From contig JAAZJU010000123.1 of assembly GCA_012800195.1 (NCBI GenBank), forward strand, positions 1 to 37,043: DNA of 37,043 nt. The letters are read 5' to 3'. This DNA is from Clostridia bacterium (GTDB taxonomy: Bacteria > Bacillota > Peptococcia > Peptococcales > BICA1-8). Both the position numbers and the translations under genes were made by a program. The notes beneath the pieces were generated by a model. That model saw nothing but the letters and a program-made list of their open reading frames with translations. It had not been told where the DNA came from and did not search any database. Each line of letters begins with the position of its first letter. Within the stretch, counting starts at the first letter, position 1. Of this stretch, positions 1-8,466 are shown piece after piece.

Positions 1-337
1 GTTTTTGGATAACGAGGCTAAGATAAACTTTATAACCAATTATCCAGAGCATGTAACAGATTTACATTTATATCTTTTGTTAGAGCATGTACCTCAAGAG
101 GCCAATATTTTTTTATTATCAATTTTAGAAGATAATAAGAAAATAATAGAAAGGATTCAGGCTCTCCGGAATGAAATTTCCTTACCTTTGGAGGGGAAGG
201 ATTTATTACAAATTGGAATTGCTCCTGGACCCATCATAGGAAAAATTTTAACGGAACTAGAAGAGGAAGTTCTCAGGGGCAATATTACTTCTAAAAAAGA
301 GGCCATCGAGTGGGTAAAGTTAAACTATAAAAGCTAA
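1..337 (+). CDS. C-terminal fragment of a CCA-adding enzyme / poly(A) polymerase-family tRNA nucleotidyltransferase. The gene is truncated by the window edge.
   Basis: The frame is open from the window start. The C-terminal segment LPLEGKDLLQIGIAPGPIIGKILTELEEEVLRG...KEAIEWVK resembles the tail of Firmicute CCA-adding enzymes. The TTG at 5 is probably not the real start. Confidence 0.55.
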   Translation, partial: FLDNEAKINFITNYPEHVTDLHLYLLLEHVPQEANIFLLSILEDNKKIIERIQALRNEISLPLEGKDLLQIGIAPGPIIGKILTELEEEVLRGNITSKKEAIEWVKLNYKS

Positions 338-453
338 GTAATACTTTATGACAATTGCCTTTATCAGGCCAGTGATGTAAAATTATTTGTTAGTAAATGG
401 ATTATTAATAAATTGTACTTTATATAAAATGCCTATGGTCTTAAGGAGGAAAA

Positions 454-1443
454 ATGATGTCAAAAGGAAGAATTTTTAGCGGAATGCGTCCTACAGGTCG
501 CTTACATATTGGACATTTAAGCGTCTTGGAAAACTGGGTTTTACTTCAAAAGGACTATGATTGTGTTTATGGGATTGTTGATTGGCATGCTTTAACTACA
601 GCTTATGAAAATCCTGAAGAAATTAGATATAATACTCGGGAAATGTTGTTGGACTGGTTAAGTGCTGGACTTGATCCTGAAAAATCTATAATCATGGTTC
701 AATCTCATGTCAAACAACATGCAGAGCTTCATTTATTGCTATCCATGATGACTCCTTTATCTTGGTTAGAAAGGGTACCAACTTATAAAGATCAAATCCA
801 ACAACTAGGAAAAGAGGGGAAGGATTTATCTACTTATGGTTTTTTAGGATACCCCCTTTTAATGACAGCTGATATTCTGGTTTATAAAGCTGATACTGTA
901 CCTGTAGGGGAAGACCAATTACCCCATTTAGAGCTTTCACGGGAAATTGCCCGAAGGTTTAACTATATGTATAAGAAGGAAATTTTCCCTGAACCTCAAG
1001 CTAAGTTATCTAAGATACCTTTATTACCTGGGGTGGACAAAAGAAAAATGTCTAAAAGCTATAATAATGATATTCCTATTGCCTCTAATAAAGAAGAAAT
1101 TGAAGCAAAGGTTAGAATGATGGTTACCGATCCTGGTCGAGTGAAAAAAGATGATCCAGGTAATCCTGAGGTCTGTGTAGTTTATACTTACCATAAAATT
1201 TACAACCCTTCTGAGGTTGAAGAAATTGGACAATCCTGTCGTCAAGGTACTATAGGTTGTGTAGCTTGTAAAAAGAACTTAAGCCGAATTTTAATTAAAA
1301 ATTTAGAACCAATCTGGGAAAAAAGGGAATATTATGCCCAACGACCTCAGCTTTTAGAGGAGATATTAGCTACTGGTAATAAAAAGGCAAGCCAATTAGC
1401 TGAGAAAACTATGGAAGAGGTTCGAGAAGTACTAGGTGTCTAA
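454..1443 (+). CDS. trpS: Tryptophanyl-tRNA synthetase
   Basis: Class I aaRS signatures are present: HIGH-type motif GRLHIGHL and an exact KMSKS. The 329-aa length is typical of bacterial TrpRS. An AGGAGG ribosome-binding site (RBS) precedes the ATG. Confidence 0.95.
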   Translation: MMSKGRIFSGMRPTGRLHIGHLSVLENWVLLQKDYDCVYGIVDWHALTTAYENPEEIRYNTREMLLDWLSAGLDPEKSIIMVQSHVKQHAELHLLLSMMTPLSWLERVPTYKDQIQQLGKEGKDLSTYGFLGYPLLMTADILVYKADTVPVGEDQLPHLELSREIARRFNYMYKKEIFPEPQAKLSKIPLLPGVDKRKMSKSYNNDIPIASNKEEIEAKVRMMVTDPGRVKKDDPGNPEVCVVYTYHKIYNPSEVEEIGQSCRQGTIGCVACKKNLSRILIKNLEPIWEKREYYAQRPQLLEEILATGNKKASQLAEKTMEEVREVLGV

Positions 1444-1444
1444 G

Positions 1445-2191
1445 ATGGATACAACCAAATATCAAATCCAATTAGAGAATTTTCAAGGGCCATTAGATTT
1501 ACTGTTACATTTAATTGAAAAAAATGAAGTAGATATTTATGATATACCAATTGCTCAAATAACTGATCAATATTTAGATTATATTAATGAAGCCAAAAAC
1601 TTTGATCTAGATGTAGCCAGTGAGTTTTTGGTTATGGCCGCGACCTTATTAGCCATAAAGGCCAAGATGCTCCTACCTAAACCCCCTAAAGTGGATAATG
1701 AGGATCTAGAAGAAGACCCAAGGGAAGAGTTGGTAGCTAGATTAATAGAATATAGACAATACAAACAAGTGGCCTACTATTTACGAGAAAAAGAACAGGA
1801 AATGTCTACTGTTTTTGTGCGGGATATTGATGAGTCAAAAATTATCAAGGATTTTGAGCCAGTTAACCCCGTTTCTAATGTTTCCTTACAAGATTTGTGG
1901 AAACATTTTAAGGCCATTTTAGATAGGGCTAGTGAGTTGGTCCCAGTTTATGAGTTAGAAAAAGAAGAAATTGCTATTACCCAGTGTATGGCTTGGATTT
2001 TAGATGGACTTAATAACCAACCCCAAGGATTATCCTTTAAAGGCCTTTTTACCGGAAGGACTACTCGTATTCGTTTGATAATGACCTTTTTGGCTCTTTT
2101 AGAATTAATTAAACAGAATAAAATAAGATGTAGACAAAATAAAATTTTTGGAGATATCCAGATATATTTAGCTGAGGATTGCGAAATTTAA
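1445..2191 (+). CDS. scpA: Segregation and condensation protein A (kleisin partner of SMC)
   Basis: The N-terminus YQIQLENFQGPLDLLLHLIEKNEVDIYDIPIAQIT is the ScpA signature. I prefer the ATG at 1445 (AGGTG RBS 6 nt upstream) over the GTG at 1436 given in the track. Confidence 0.9.
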   Translation: MDTTKYQIQLENFQGPLDLLLHLIEKNEVDIYDIPIAQITDQYLDYINEAKNFDLDVASEFLVMAATLLAIKAKMLLPKPPKVDNEDLEEDPREELVARLIEYRQYKQVAYYLREKEQEMSTVFVRDIDESKIIKDFEPVNPVSNVSLQDLWKHFKAILDRASELVPVYELEKEEIAITQCMAWILDGLNNQPQGLSFKGLFTGRTTRIRLIMTFLALLELIKQNKIRCRQNKIFGDIQIYLAEDCEI

Positions 2192-2212
2192 TGGAAATGG
2201 TCAAAGGAGCGA

Positions 2213-2746
2213 TTGGGTTTGTTGTTCACAGATGATTTAAAAGCTATAATTGAAAGTTTACTTTTTGTCAGTAATAAACCTTTAACAGTAAAAGAAGTTT
2301 CTGAAATAATCAATCTTTCTCAAGAGGAAACAGAGAAGCTACTAGAAGATCTTTATTTGGAATATCAAAAAAACCATAGGGGCTTCACCTTAGCCAAATT
2401 AGCTTATGGCTACTTATTCATTACTAAAAAAGAGCATGCTCCTTTTATTGAGAAATTATATAAGCCTAAATTAAGTAATCTTTCTACCGCAGCTTTAGAA
2501 ACTTTAGCAATTATTGCTTATAAACAACCAATAACCCGTAGTGAAATTGAACTTTTGCGAGGAGTAAAGGTAGATAAAATAATCTATACCCTGATTGATA
2601 GAAACTTAATAGAGGAAGTTGGCAGAAGAGAAGGACCTGGAAGACCTATTCTCTATGGAACCACTAGAGACTTTCTTCAATATTTTGGCCTCAATGATAT
2701 AAGTCAATTACCTCATCCAGAGAAATATGCTCTGGAGGAGGCTTGA
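2213..2746 (+). CDS. scpB: Segregation and condensation protein B
   Basis: It carries IESLLFVSNKPLT and ETLAIIAYKQPITRSEIE...RGV winged-helix repeats typical of ScpB, and lies directly downstream of scpA. The start is uncertain (TTG at 2213, 2219 or 2222). Confidence 0.9.
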   Translation: MGLLFTDDLKAIIESLLFVSNKPLTVKEVSEIINLSQEETEKLLEDLYLEYQKNHRGFTLAKLAYGYLFITKKEHAPFIEKLYKPKLSNLSTAALETLAIIAYKQPITRSEIELLRGVKVDKIIYTLIDRNLIEEVGRREGPGRPILYGTTRDFLQYFGLNDISQLPHPEKYALEEA

Positions 2747-2756
2747 AATTAAAGAA

Positions 2757-2809
2757 ATGAACTAGACTCTATTGTTCACACTCTAACAATAGTCCAGTTC
2801 ATTTTTTTT
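2757..2809 (+). terminator. Rho-independent terminator after scpB
   Basis: An imperfect long stem pairs atgaactagactctattgtt with aacaatagtccagttcat. It is followed by a T8 run at 2802-2809. Confidence 0.6.
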
Positions 2810-2863
2810 ATGTATAACATAGAACTTAAATGCCAAAATTAGGTAGTATAGGGAGTGAAACAT

Positions 2864-3535
2864 ATGAATTGGTATTACCATATAATTCCTTTAATACTAC
2901 TCGGTGTTGTCTTTTTAATTTTACCTGTGGAGGTCCGTGTAAACTACCATAGATCAGATAAAGAAGATCAGCTAGATATTAAAATTAAGTTTTTATTTAT
3001 AATAATTCGCAATGTAAAATCTAAGCCTTTCATAAAAATACTATCTCTGTTGGCTAGGAGGGAACATAATCTAGAAGAAGTTCAAGAAGCTATGAAAAGC
3101 GAGAAAATGCCCCCTAAAAACTGGCGATTAATTTTAAAAAGAATTAGGGTCTGGTTACCTAAGTCTATTCAGGTCTTAGCCCATGCCAGTAAATTAACTA
3201 CTAAAATTTTAAAACCGATAAAATGCAAAAAATTTAAAGTATACAGTGAAATTGGTTTTTTAGATGCTTCTATGACTGCTATTGCGGCAGGTAGTATGTG
3301 GGCTGCTAATAGTTATATGTTATCTCAATTATCACGGTGGATGATTATTAATCCAGAGGCTCTAAATGTACAAATTATTCCTGATTACACTAATGATAAA
3401 CTGCTTATTGATTACCAGTGCATAATTACCTTTCCTTTAGGCCATATTATTATTGTCTTACTTCAGACTGCGCGATTTATCTCAGCAGCATCATTAATAC
3501 TCCCGCAACAGGAGTTAAATGAGGCTAAGCTTTGA
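2864..3535 (+). CDS. YtfI-like (DUF2953-type) sporulation-associated membrane protein
   Basis: It has an N-terminal TM helix, a size of about 223 aa, and sits immediately upstream of a ytfJ homolog as in Bacillus ytfI-ytfJ. I prefer the ATG at 2864 (GGGAG 8 nt upstream) over the GTG at 2855. Confidence 0.55.
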   Translation: MNWYYHIIPLILLGVVFLILPVEVRVNYHRSDKEDQLDIKIKFLFIIIRNVKSKPFIKILSLLARREHNLEEVQEAMKSEKMPPKNWRLILKRIRVWLPKSIQVLAHASKLTTKILKPIKCKKFKVYSEIGFLDASMTAIAAGSMWAANSYMLSQLSRWMIINPEALNVQIIPDYTNDKLLIDYQCIITFPLGHIIIVLLQTARFISAASLILPQQELNEAKL

Positions 3536-3603
3536 AACAAGGTGAATGTCCCCTTAGGGGAATAAGAGCATGTTAGTTATTATGTATTTAAGGGGGTAAT
3601 ACA

Positions 3604-4053
3604 ATGAGTGAAAGCCATCCTATTGAAGGATTAATGAAAACAGCCATGGAAAGCATTAAAGAAATGGTTGATGTAAATACAGTTGTGGGTGATGCTGTCG
3701 AGGCTGCCGATGGAACAATTATTATACCAGTATCCCGCGTAGCTTGTGGATTCGCTGCGGGGGGTGGTGAGTTTGAAACAGCAGGAGGAGGAAATCAAGA
3801 ACAACAACAGTCCTTACCCTTTGGTGGTGGTTCAGGAGCAGGGGTTTCTGTTCAACCAGTAGGTTTCTTAGTTGTTTCCAAGGACAATATTAGATTTTTG
3901 CCGGTGGATGGCAATCAAATGGTTGATCGTTTGATTGACCTTGCCCCTAATTTAGTCCAGCAAGTGCAAAATATGGTTGGTGGCAAAGGATCAAAAAACA
4001 AAGCCCAGGAACAAAATGTTGAATGCACAGAATTTGCAGGTACAGAGAATTAA
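3604..4053 (+). CDS. ytfJ: YtfJ/GerW-family sporulation protein
   Basis: MESIKEMVDVNTVVGD...IIPVSRVACGFAAGGGEF...GGGSGAGVSVQPVGFLVV is the characteristic YtfJ/GerW pattern. A GGGGG RBS is present. Confidence 0.85.
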   Translation: MSESHPIEGLMKTAMESIKEMVDVNTVVGDAVEAADGTIIIPVSRVACGFAAGGGEFETAGGGNQEQQQSLPFGGGSGAGVSVQPVGFLVVSKDNIRFLPVDGNQMVDRLIDLAPNLVQQVQNMVGGKGSKNKAQEQNVECTEFAGTEN

Positions 4054-4068
4054 ATAATAATAAAAGTT

Positions 4069-4095
4069 AGATGGGACAAGGTCTCATCTTTTTTT
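4069..4095 (+). terminator. Rho-independent terminator after ytfJ
   Basis: The stem agatgggac/gtctcatct has 9 bp including one G-U pair. A T-run follows to 4095. Confidence 0.7.
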
Positions 4096-4177
4096 ATATT
4101 TTTTGATAAGTTCTAGTTAGTAGGAACAATTCATAGGTATCTAAAAGGACTATTGTAAACCTAGTGGGGGGATACCT

Positions 4178-4771
4178 ATGATTAATTTTATTTGGCTATT
4201 ATTAATAGTTGCGGGGGTTATAGTGGCAACTATAAACGGTCAACCAGAAGTAATAACGGATTCTGCACTGCAAGCAGCTAATTTAGGAGTAAAATATTCC
4301 TTTGATTTAATTGGTTTAATGACTTTTTGGTTAGGGATAATGCGAGTAGGAGAGAAAGCAGGTCTTGTAGATGTCTTAGCAAAAATTATCAAGCCCTTTA
4401 CAAAGTTTCTGTTTCCCAGTATTCCGGAAAATCACCCTGCTATGGGCTCCATATTACTTAACTTAAGTGCAAATCTTTTAGGCTTGGGCAATGCAGCTAC
4501 ACCTTTCGGTTTAAAAGCTATGCAAGAGCTACAAGCTCTTAATAATGGCTCTGATGAGGCTAGTGATGCTATGGTTACCTTTTTAGCTTTAAATACTTCT
4601 TGCATGACTTTAGTACCAGCTACAATAATCGGGGTAAGAGTTGCAGCTGGCTCCCTTAATCCCACAGAAATTGTAGGTACCACCATGTTTGCTACTTTTA
4701 TAGGAATGACCCTGGCTTTAACCTCTGATAGATTGTTTAGGTTTTTTTCAAGGAGGGATAAATCTAAATGA
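4178..4771 (+). CDS. spmA: Spore maturation protein A (nucleoside-recognition/Gate domain membrane protein)
   Basis: It is a polytopic membrane protein with MINFIWLLLIVAG...LGLGNAATPFGLKAM, the SpmA-type pattern. It is paired with an overlapping spmB. Confidence 0.85.
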   Translation: MINFIWLLLIVAGVIVATINGQPEVITDSALQAANLGVKYSFDLIGLMTFWLGIMRVGEKAGLVDVLAKIIKPFTKFLFPSIPENHPAMGSILLNLSANLLGLGNAATPFGLKAMQELQALNNGSDEASDAMVTFLALNTSCMTLVPATIIGVRVAAGSLNPTEIVGTTMFATFIGMTLALTSDRLFRFFSRRDKSK

Positions 4772-5304
4772 TTGAATTTTTAATAGGTTATGTTTCAAAA
4801 TGGGCAATTCCTTTTTTAATTTTTTTTATTCCAGTTTTCGCTTATATTCGGGGAGTAAATGTATATGAGGTATTTATAGAGGGAGCTGAAGAAGGTTTTA
4901 AAATTGCCATTAAACTTATACCTTATTTAGTTGCTATGCTTGTGGCTATCGGCATCTTTAGAAATTCTGGTGCGATGGCTATGTCCGTTGAGGCTATCCG
5001 ACCTATAACAGAATTTTTAGGCATCCCAGGAGAAGTTTTACCCTTGGCAATAATGCGACCTCTGTCGGGCGGGGGGGCCTTAGGAATAACTACTGAATTA
5101 ATAAATACTTATGGTCCTGATTCTTTTATAGGTAGATTGGCTTCAACCATGCAGGGTAGTACTGACACAACCTTTTTTGTTTTGACTGTTTATTTTGGTT
5201 CCGTAGGTATTAGGAGATATAGGCACGCTTTATGGGTAGGTTTACTTGCTGATGTTACGACTTTCTTGGCTTCAATTTATATAGTTACTCGGATATTTGC
5301 TTAA
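4768..5304 (+). CDS. spmB: Spore maturation protein B
   Basis: An ATGA start/stop overlap joins it to spmA. MRPLSGGGALG and GSTDTTFFVLTVYFG are SpmB-like motifs. Confidence 0.85.
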   Translation: MIEFLIGYVSKWAIPFLIFFIPVFAYIRGVNVYEVFIEGAEEGFKIAIKLIPYLVAMLVAIGIFRNSGAMAMSVEAIRPITEFLGIPGEVLPLAIMRPLSGGGALGITTELINTYGPDSFIGRLASTMQGSTDTTFFVLTVYFGSVGIRRYRHALWVGLLADVTTFLASIYIVTRIFA

Positions 5305-5385
5305 AACCTCCACTTTTTGCTAAAATGTAAAGAGAATATTCGAAGTTTAGAACAATAGTTCTGCTTCTTGAATGGAGGCTAGGCC

Positions 5386-6105
5386 TTGGAGAGACTACAA
5401 AAATATTTAGCCCATGCTGGTATTGGTTCAAGAAGAAAATGTGAGGAATTAATAATCCAAGGTAAAGTAACCGTAAATGATGAAGTAGTTACTTTAGGGA
5501 CTAAGATTGATCCTGCCCAGGATATAGTAAAAATAAATGGCAAGGTTATTACCAAAAAAGAGGCTAAGATATACCTTATGTTGAATAAGCCAGCGGGTTA
5601 TGTCACAACAGCTAAGGACAACTATGGTAGATTTACTGTACTTGACCTGGTTAAAGATGTGAAAGCTAGAATCTACCCTGTGGGCAGGTTAGATTATGAA
5701 ACTGAGGGCTTATTATTATTAACTAATGATGGGCAATTAGCTTATCGTTTAACCCATCCTAAATATGAAATAACTAAGGTTTACCAAGCCTTGGTAAAAG
5801 GCGTCCCTAAGGAGACAGAGTTAAATAAATTAAGGGAAGGCATTATTTTAGAAGATGGTTTAACAGCTCCTGCTGGGGTACAAGCCTTGACGAAATTGAA
5901 GGATCAAGCCTTAATAGAAATTTCTATTCATGAAGGTCGTAATCGACAAGTAAGAAGAATGTTTGAGGCTATAGGCCATCCTGTCTTAAAATTAAAAAGG
6001 ATCAAAATGGGGCCATTAAGTATTGATATTCCTGTAGGTGAATATAGATTTCTGACCGAAAAAGAAATTCAAGCATTAAAAAAACATATAAAATTAAATA
6101 ACTAA
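5386..6105 (+). CDS. rluB: rRNA pseudouridine synthase, RsuA/RluB family, with an N-terminal S4 domain
   Basis: The N-terminus has an S4 motif (RLQKYLAHAGIGSRRKCEELI). The catalytic box PVGRLDYETEGLLLLTNDG and GRNRQVRRM are present. The start is TTG with a GGAGG 7 nt upstream. Confidence 0.85.
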   Translation: MERLQKYLAHAGIGSRRKCEELIIQGKVTVNDEVVTLGTKIDPAQDIVKINGKVITKKEAKIYLMLNKPAGYVTTAKDNYGRFTVLDLVKDVKARIYPVGRLDYETEGLLLLTNDGQLAYRLTHPKYEITKVYQALVKGVPKETELNKLREGIILEDGLTAPAGVQALTKLKDQALIEISIHEGRNRQVRRMFEAIGHPVLKLKRIKMGPLSIDIPVGEYRFLTEKEIQALKKHIKLNN

Positions 6106-6116
6106 AGGGGTTAACT

Positions 6117-7382
6117 ATGGAAAAATCTCATGAAAAGATTATTGTTATTGGTGGTGGGGCAGCAGGTATGATGGCCGCAGGAAGGGCTGCTCAAATGGGT
6201 GCTTCTGTTACCTTAATTGAAAGAAATAAAATTTTAGGTAAGAAAATACTTATTTCTGGCAAAGGTCGATGTAATGTTACCAATGCGGGAGAAATTGAAG
6301 ATTTGATTGCCTCCTTTCCTAATAACGGAAAATTCTTATATGGGCCATTCTATACTTTTACCAATCAAGATTTAATTAATTTTTTTCAAGAACATGGGGT
6401 GAAATTAAAGGTTGAACGAGGGAATAGAGTATTTCCTGTTTCTGATAGTTCCAGAGATATAGTAAAGGCCTTAGAAAAATATATGAGCCAACATCAAGTT
6501 AAGGTTCTAACTAATCAACGAGTTAAGGAAATTTTAATTGATAAAGATGCTAAACAAGTAAAGGGTGTTTTGCTAGAGGATGGTCAAGAAATTCTTGCTA
6601 AGAGAATAATTGTGGCCACTGGCGGTTGTTCATTTCCAGGTACTGGATCTACAGGTGATGGTTATTCCTGGGCTAAAAAATTAGGTCATAATATCAAAAC
6701 TATTAGACCAGGATTAATCCCCTTAGAAACTAGGGAGCCTTGGGTTAAAAGCCTTCAGGGTCTTAGCCTAAGAAATGTTAATGTAGCTATCAAGGAGAAA
6801 AATGGCAAAGTTCTAACTTCTCTCTTTGGTGAAATGCTTTTTACCCATTTCGGTGTTTCAGGCCCAATTATATTAAGTATGAGTAAATGGGCAGTAGATT
6901 ACTGGCTTAAGAAGCAAGAAGATTTAATCTTAACTATTGATTTTAAGCCAGCCTTAAGTAATGAACAGTTGGATTTAAGACTACAAAGGGAAATAGAAAA
7001 ACATAGTAATAAAATTTTTAGAAATAGTTTAAATGATTTGCTACCTCGAAAAATTATTCCCATTTTTATAGAGTTATCACAAATTGATCCTGAAAAAGTA
7101 ATGCACCAGCTTACTAGAAAGGAAAGAGAAAAGCTAACTAGTTTGTTAAAGAATTTTGAATTAACAATCCATAAACCTCGGCCTATAGCTGAAGCAATTG
7201 TTACGGCTGGAGGGGTTAATGTCAAAGAAATAGATCCCCAGACCATGGAATCAAAAATAATTAAAGGTTTGTTTTTTGCTGGAGAAATAATTGATATTGA
7301 TGGTTTTACTGGAGGCTACAACTTACAAGCGGCTTTTTCCACAGGATTTGTAGCAGGAAATAATGCTTCTTTGTTTAATTAA
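6117..7382 (+). CDS. YhiN/HI0933-like (BaiN-type) NAD(P)/FAD-dependent flavoprotein
   Basis: It has the dinucleotide fold IVIGGGAAGMMAA, GKGRCNVTN, and the C-terminal GEIIDIDGFTGGYNLQ motif typical of this family. Confidence 0.85.
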   Translation: MEKSHEKIIVIGGGAAGMMAAGRAAQMGASVTLIERNKILGKKILISGKGRCNVTNAGEIEDLIASFPNNGKFLYGPFYTFTNQDLINFFQEHGVKLKVERGNRVFPVSDSSRDIVKALEKYMSQHQVKVLTNQRVKEILIDKDAKQVKGVLLEDGQEILAKRIIVATGGCSFPGTGSTGDGYSWAKKLGHNIKTIRPGLIPLETREPWVKSLQGLSLRNVNVAIKEKNGKVLTSLFGEMLFTHFGVSGPIILSMSKWAVDYWLKKQEDLILTIDFKPALSNEQLDLRLQREIEKHSNKIFRNSLNDLLPRKIIPIFIELSQIDPEKVMHQLTRKEREKLTSLLKNFELTIHKPRPIAEAIVTAGGVNVKEIDPQTMESKIIKGLFFAGEIIDIDGFTGGYNLQAAFSTGFVAGNNASLFN

Positions 7383-7457
7383 GCTTCAATGGGCAATCCT
7401 ATAGGTATACTTGTATAAACCCAAGGTAAGAATAGCAATATTCCTGGGGGGATACCT

Positions 7458-7934
7458 ATGGAAGAGCACTTAGAAAAATTTTTAAACAAAGGGAATAAGA
7501 TTTTAGTTTCCTTGGTATTAAGTTTATTTTGTATGTTATTAGTTGTACAGACAGTTCACACCTATGAACCCTTACGATTACATTTCAATATAGTAGAAAA
7601 TAGAGAAGGGGAGAAAATTGAGGAAGACATTCTAATCCAGCAGGCGACAAGCTTAGACCTACAGCAGGATTTTATTACTATTAGCTTGGATACACCTTAT
7701 GTTCAGAGCCTTCCCCTGGCTAATATTTTAATTAACGGTACTAAAATTGCGGATTTTACAAGTTTAGAAAACAAAATTTATGTTTTAGAAGGGGATGAAA
7801 TAACAATTGATATCTCCCCTTATTTCTTAGATTTATCCTTTAAGGTTAGTGGTTCTGAGGGTTTGAAAATCCCCAGTATTATAACAGTACCAGCTAAAGA
7901 TAAATACAGTTTTTTTGTTGATAAAGTCAAATAG
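7458..7934 (+). CDS. Hypothetical membrane-anchored protein with one N-terminal TM helix
   Basis: It is a clean 158-codon ORF with a strong G-rich RBS and the hydrophobic segment ILVSLVLSLFCMLLVV. I recognise no family. Confidence 0.5.
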   Translation: MEEHLEKFLNKGNKILVSLVLSLFCMLLVVQTVHTYEPLRLHFNIVENREGEKIEEDILIQQATSLDLQQDFITISLDTPYVQSLPLANILINGTKIADFTSLENKIYVLEGDEITIDISPYFLDLSFKVSGSEGLKIPSIITVPAKDKYSFFVDKVK

Positions 7935-7963
7935 TTGCAATATTTACCACATTATAATATAAT
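7935..7963 (+). promoter_or_regulatory. Candidate sigma-A-type promoter (TTGCAA-17 nt-TATAAT)
   Basis: TTGCAA lies at 7935-7940 and TATAAT at 7958-7963, with a 17-nt spacer. There is a conflict: a terminator-like hairpin lies immediately downstream at 7971-7985, so the call is weak. Confidence 0.3.
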
Positions 7964-7969
7964 CCAAAT

Positions 7970-7991
7970 GGGCACCTCTGGTGCCTTATTT
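7970..7991 (+). terminator. Short hairpin terminator after ORF 7458-7934
   Basis: GGCACC-tct-GGTGCC forms a perfect 6-bp stem. TTATTT follows. Confidence 0.45.
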
Positions 7992-8045
7992 AGACTAAAG
8001 ATATAGTACAACTATTTTAAAGTTGTAATTTAGAGGTGATGTATT

Positions 8046-8459
8046 TTGGCTTATGGGAGCAAGAAGATTTCAAGTGTAGCTATTAAAATGGCCTTGACTG
8101 AAACAAGAGAAGAAGAAGCTAAGGCAAAACAACAATTTTTAGAAATAGGCATTAAAACTGCTGCAGTAGATGTTGGTGGTGAATATTTATCTTCCATTAA
8201 GAAGATTGTTGAACGAGCCATTGTGGCTGCAAAAAGGGAAGGAGTTATCCGGGATACCCATTCTGAGGAGGGGGCTGTAGCTGGGGCTACTCGTGAGGCC
8301 TTATCTCAAATAATGCCTAAAGCTATAGGTTTAAATATTGGTGGAAAATTAGGGATAGCTCGCCATCACGACCATGTCTGTGTAGTTGTTTTTTTTGGTA
8401 TTGGGCTGCTACATTTAGATGAAGTTGCTATCGGTTTAGCACATAGAACCATAGCTTAA
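8046..8459 (+). CDS. HutP-family protein (RNA-binding antiterminator-like)
   Basis: The length is about 137 aa. The pattern GVIRDTHSEEGAVAGATREAL...IGLNIGGKLGIA...VVVFFGIGLLHLDEVAIGLAH resembles B. subtilis HutP (SGVIQ..ESHALYHATMEAL...TIGAP..GLEHE..GVGINHI). The start is TTG with AGAGGTGA upstream. Confidence 0.6.
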   Translation: MAYGSKKISSVAIKMALTETREEEAKAKQQFLEIGIKTAAVDVGGEYLSSIKKIVERAIVAAKREGVIRDTHSEEGAVAGATREALSQIMPKAIGLNIGGKLGIARHHDHVCVVVFFGIGLLHLDEVAIGLAHRTIA

Positions 8460-8466
8460 ATTTATT

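Noticed and set aside
338-453. Possible T-box leader upstream of trpS
   Set aside because: The spacer is only 116 nt. I see no T-box consensus (AAnnnGGGTGGTACCGCG-like), no specifier-loop architecture and no terminator/antiterminator pair.
3544-3575. Forespore sigma-G/F-like promoter (GAATG ... CATGTTA) upstream of ytfJ
   Set aside because: The hexamer-like boxes fit GHATR and CATxHTA, but the spacing is 20 nt rather than the expected 17-18. I recorded it but did not call it as a feature.
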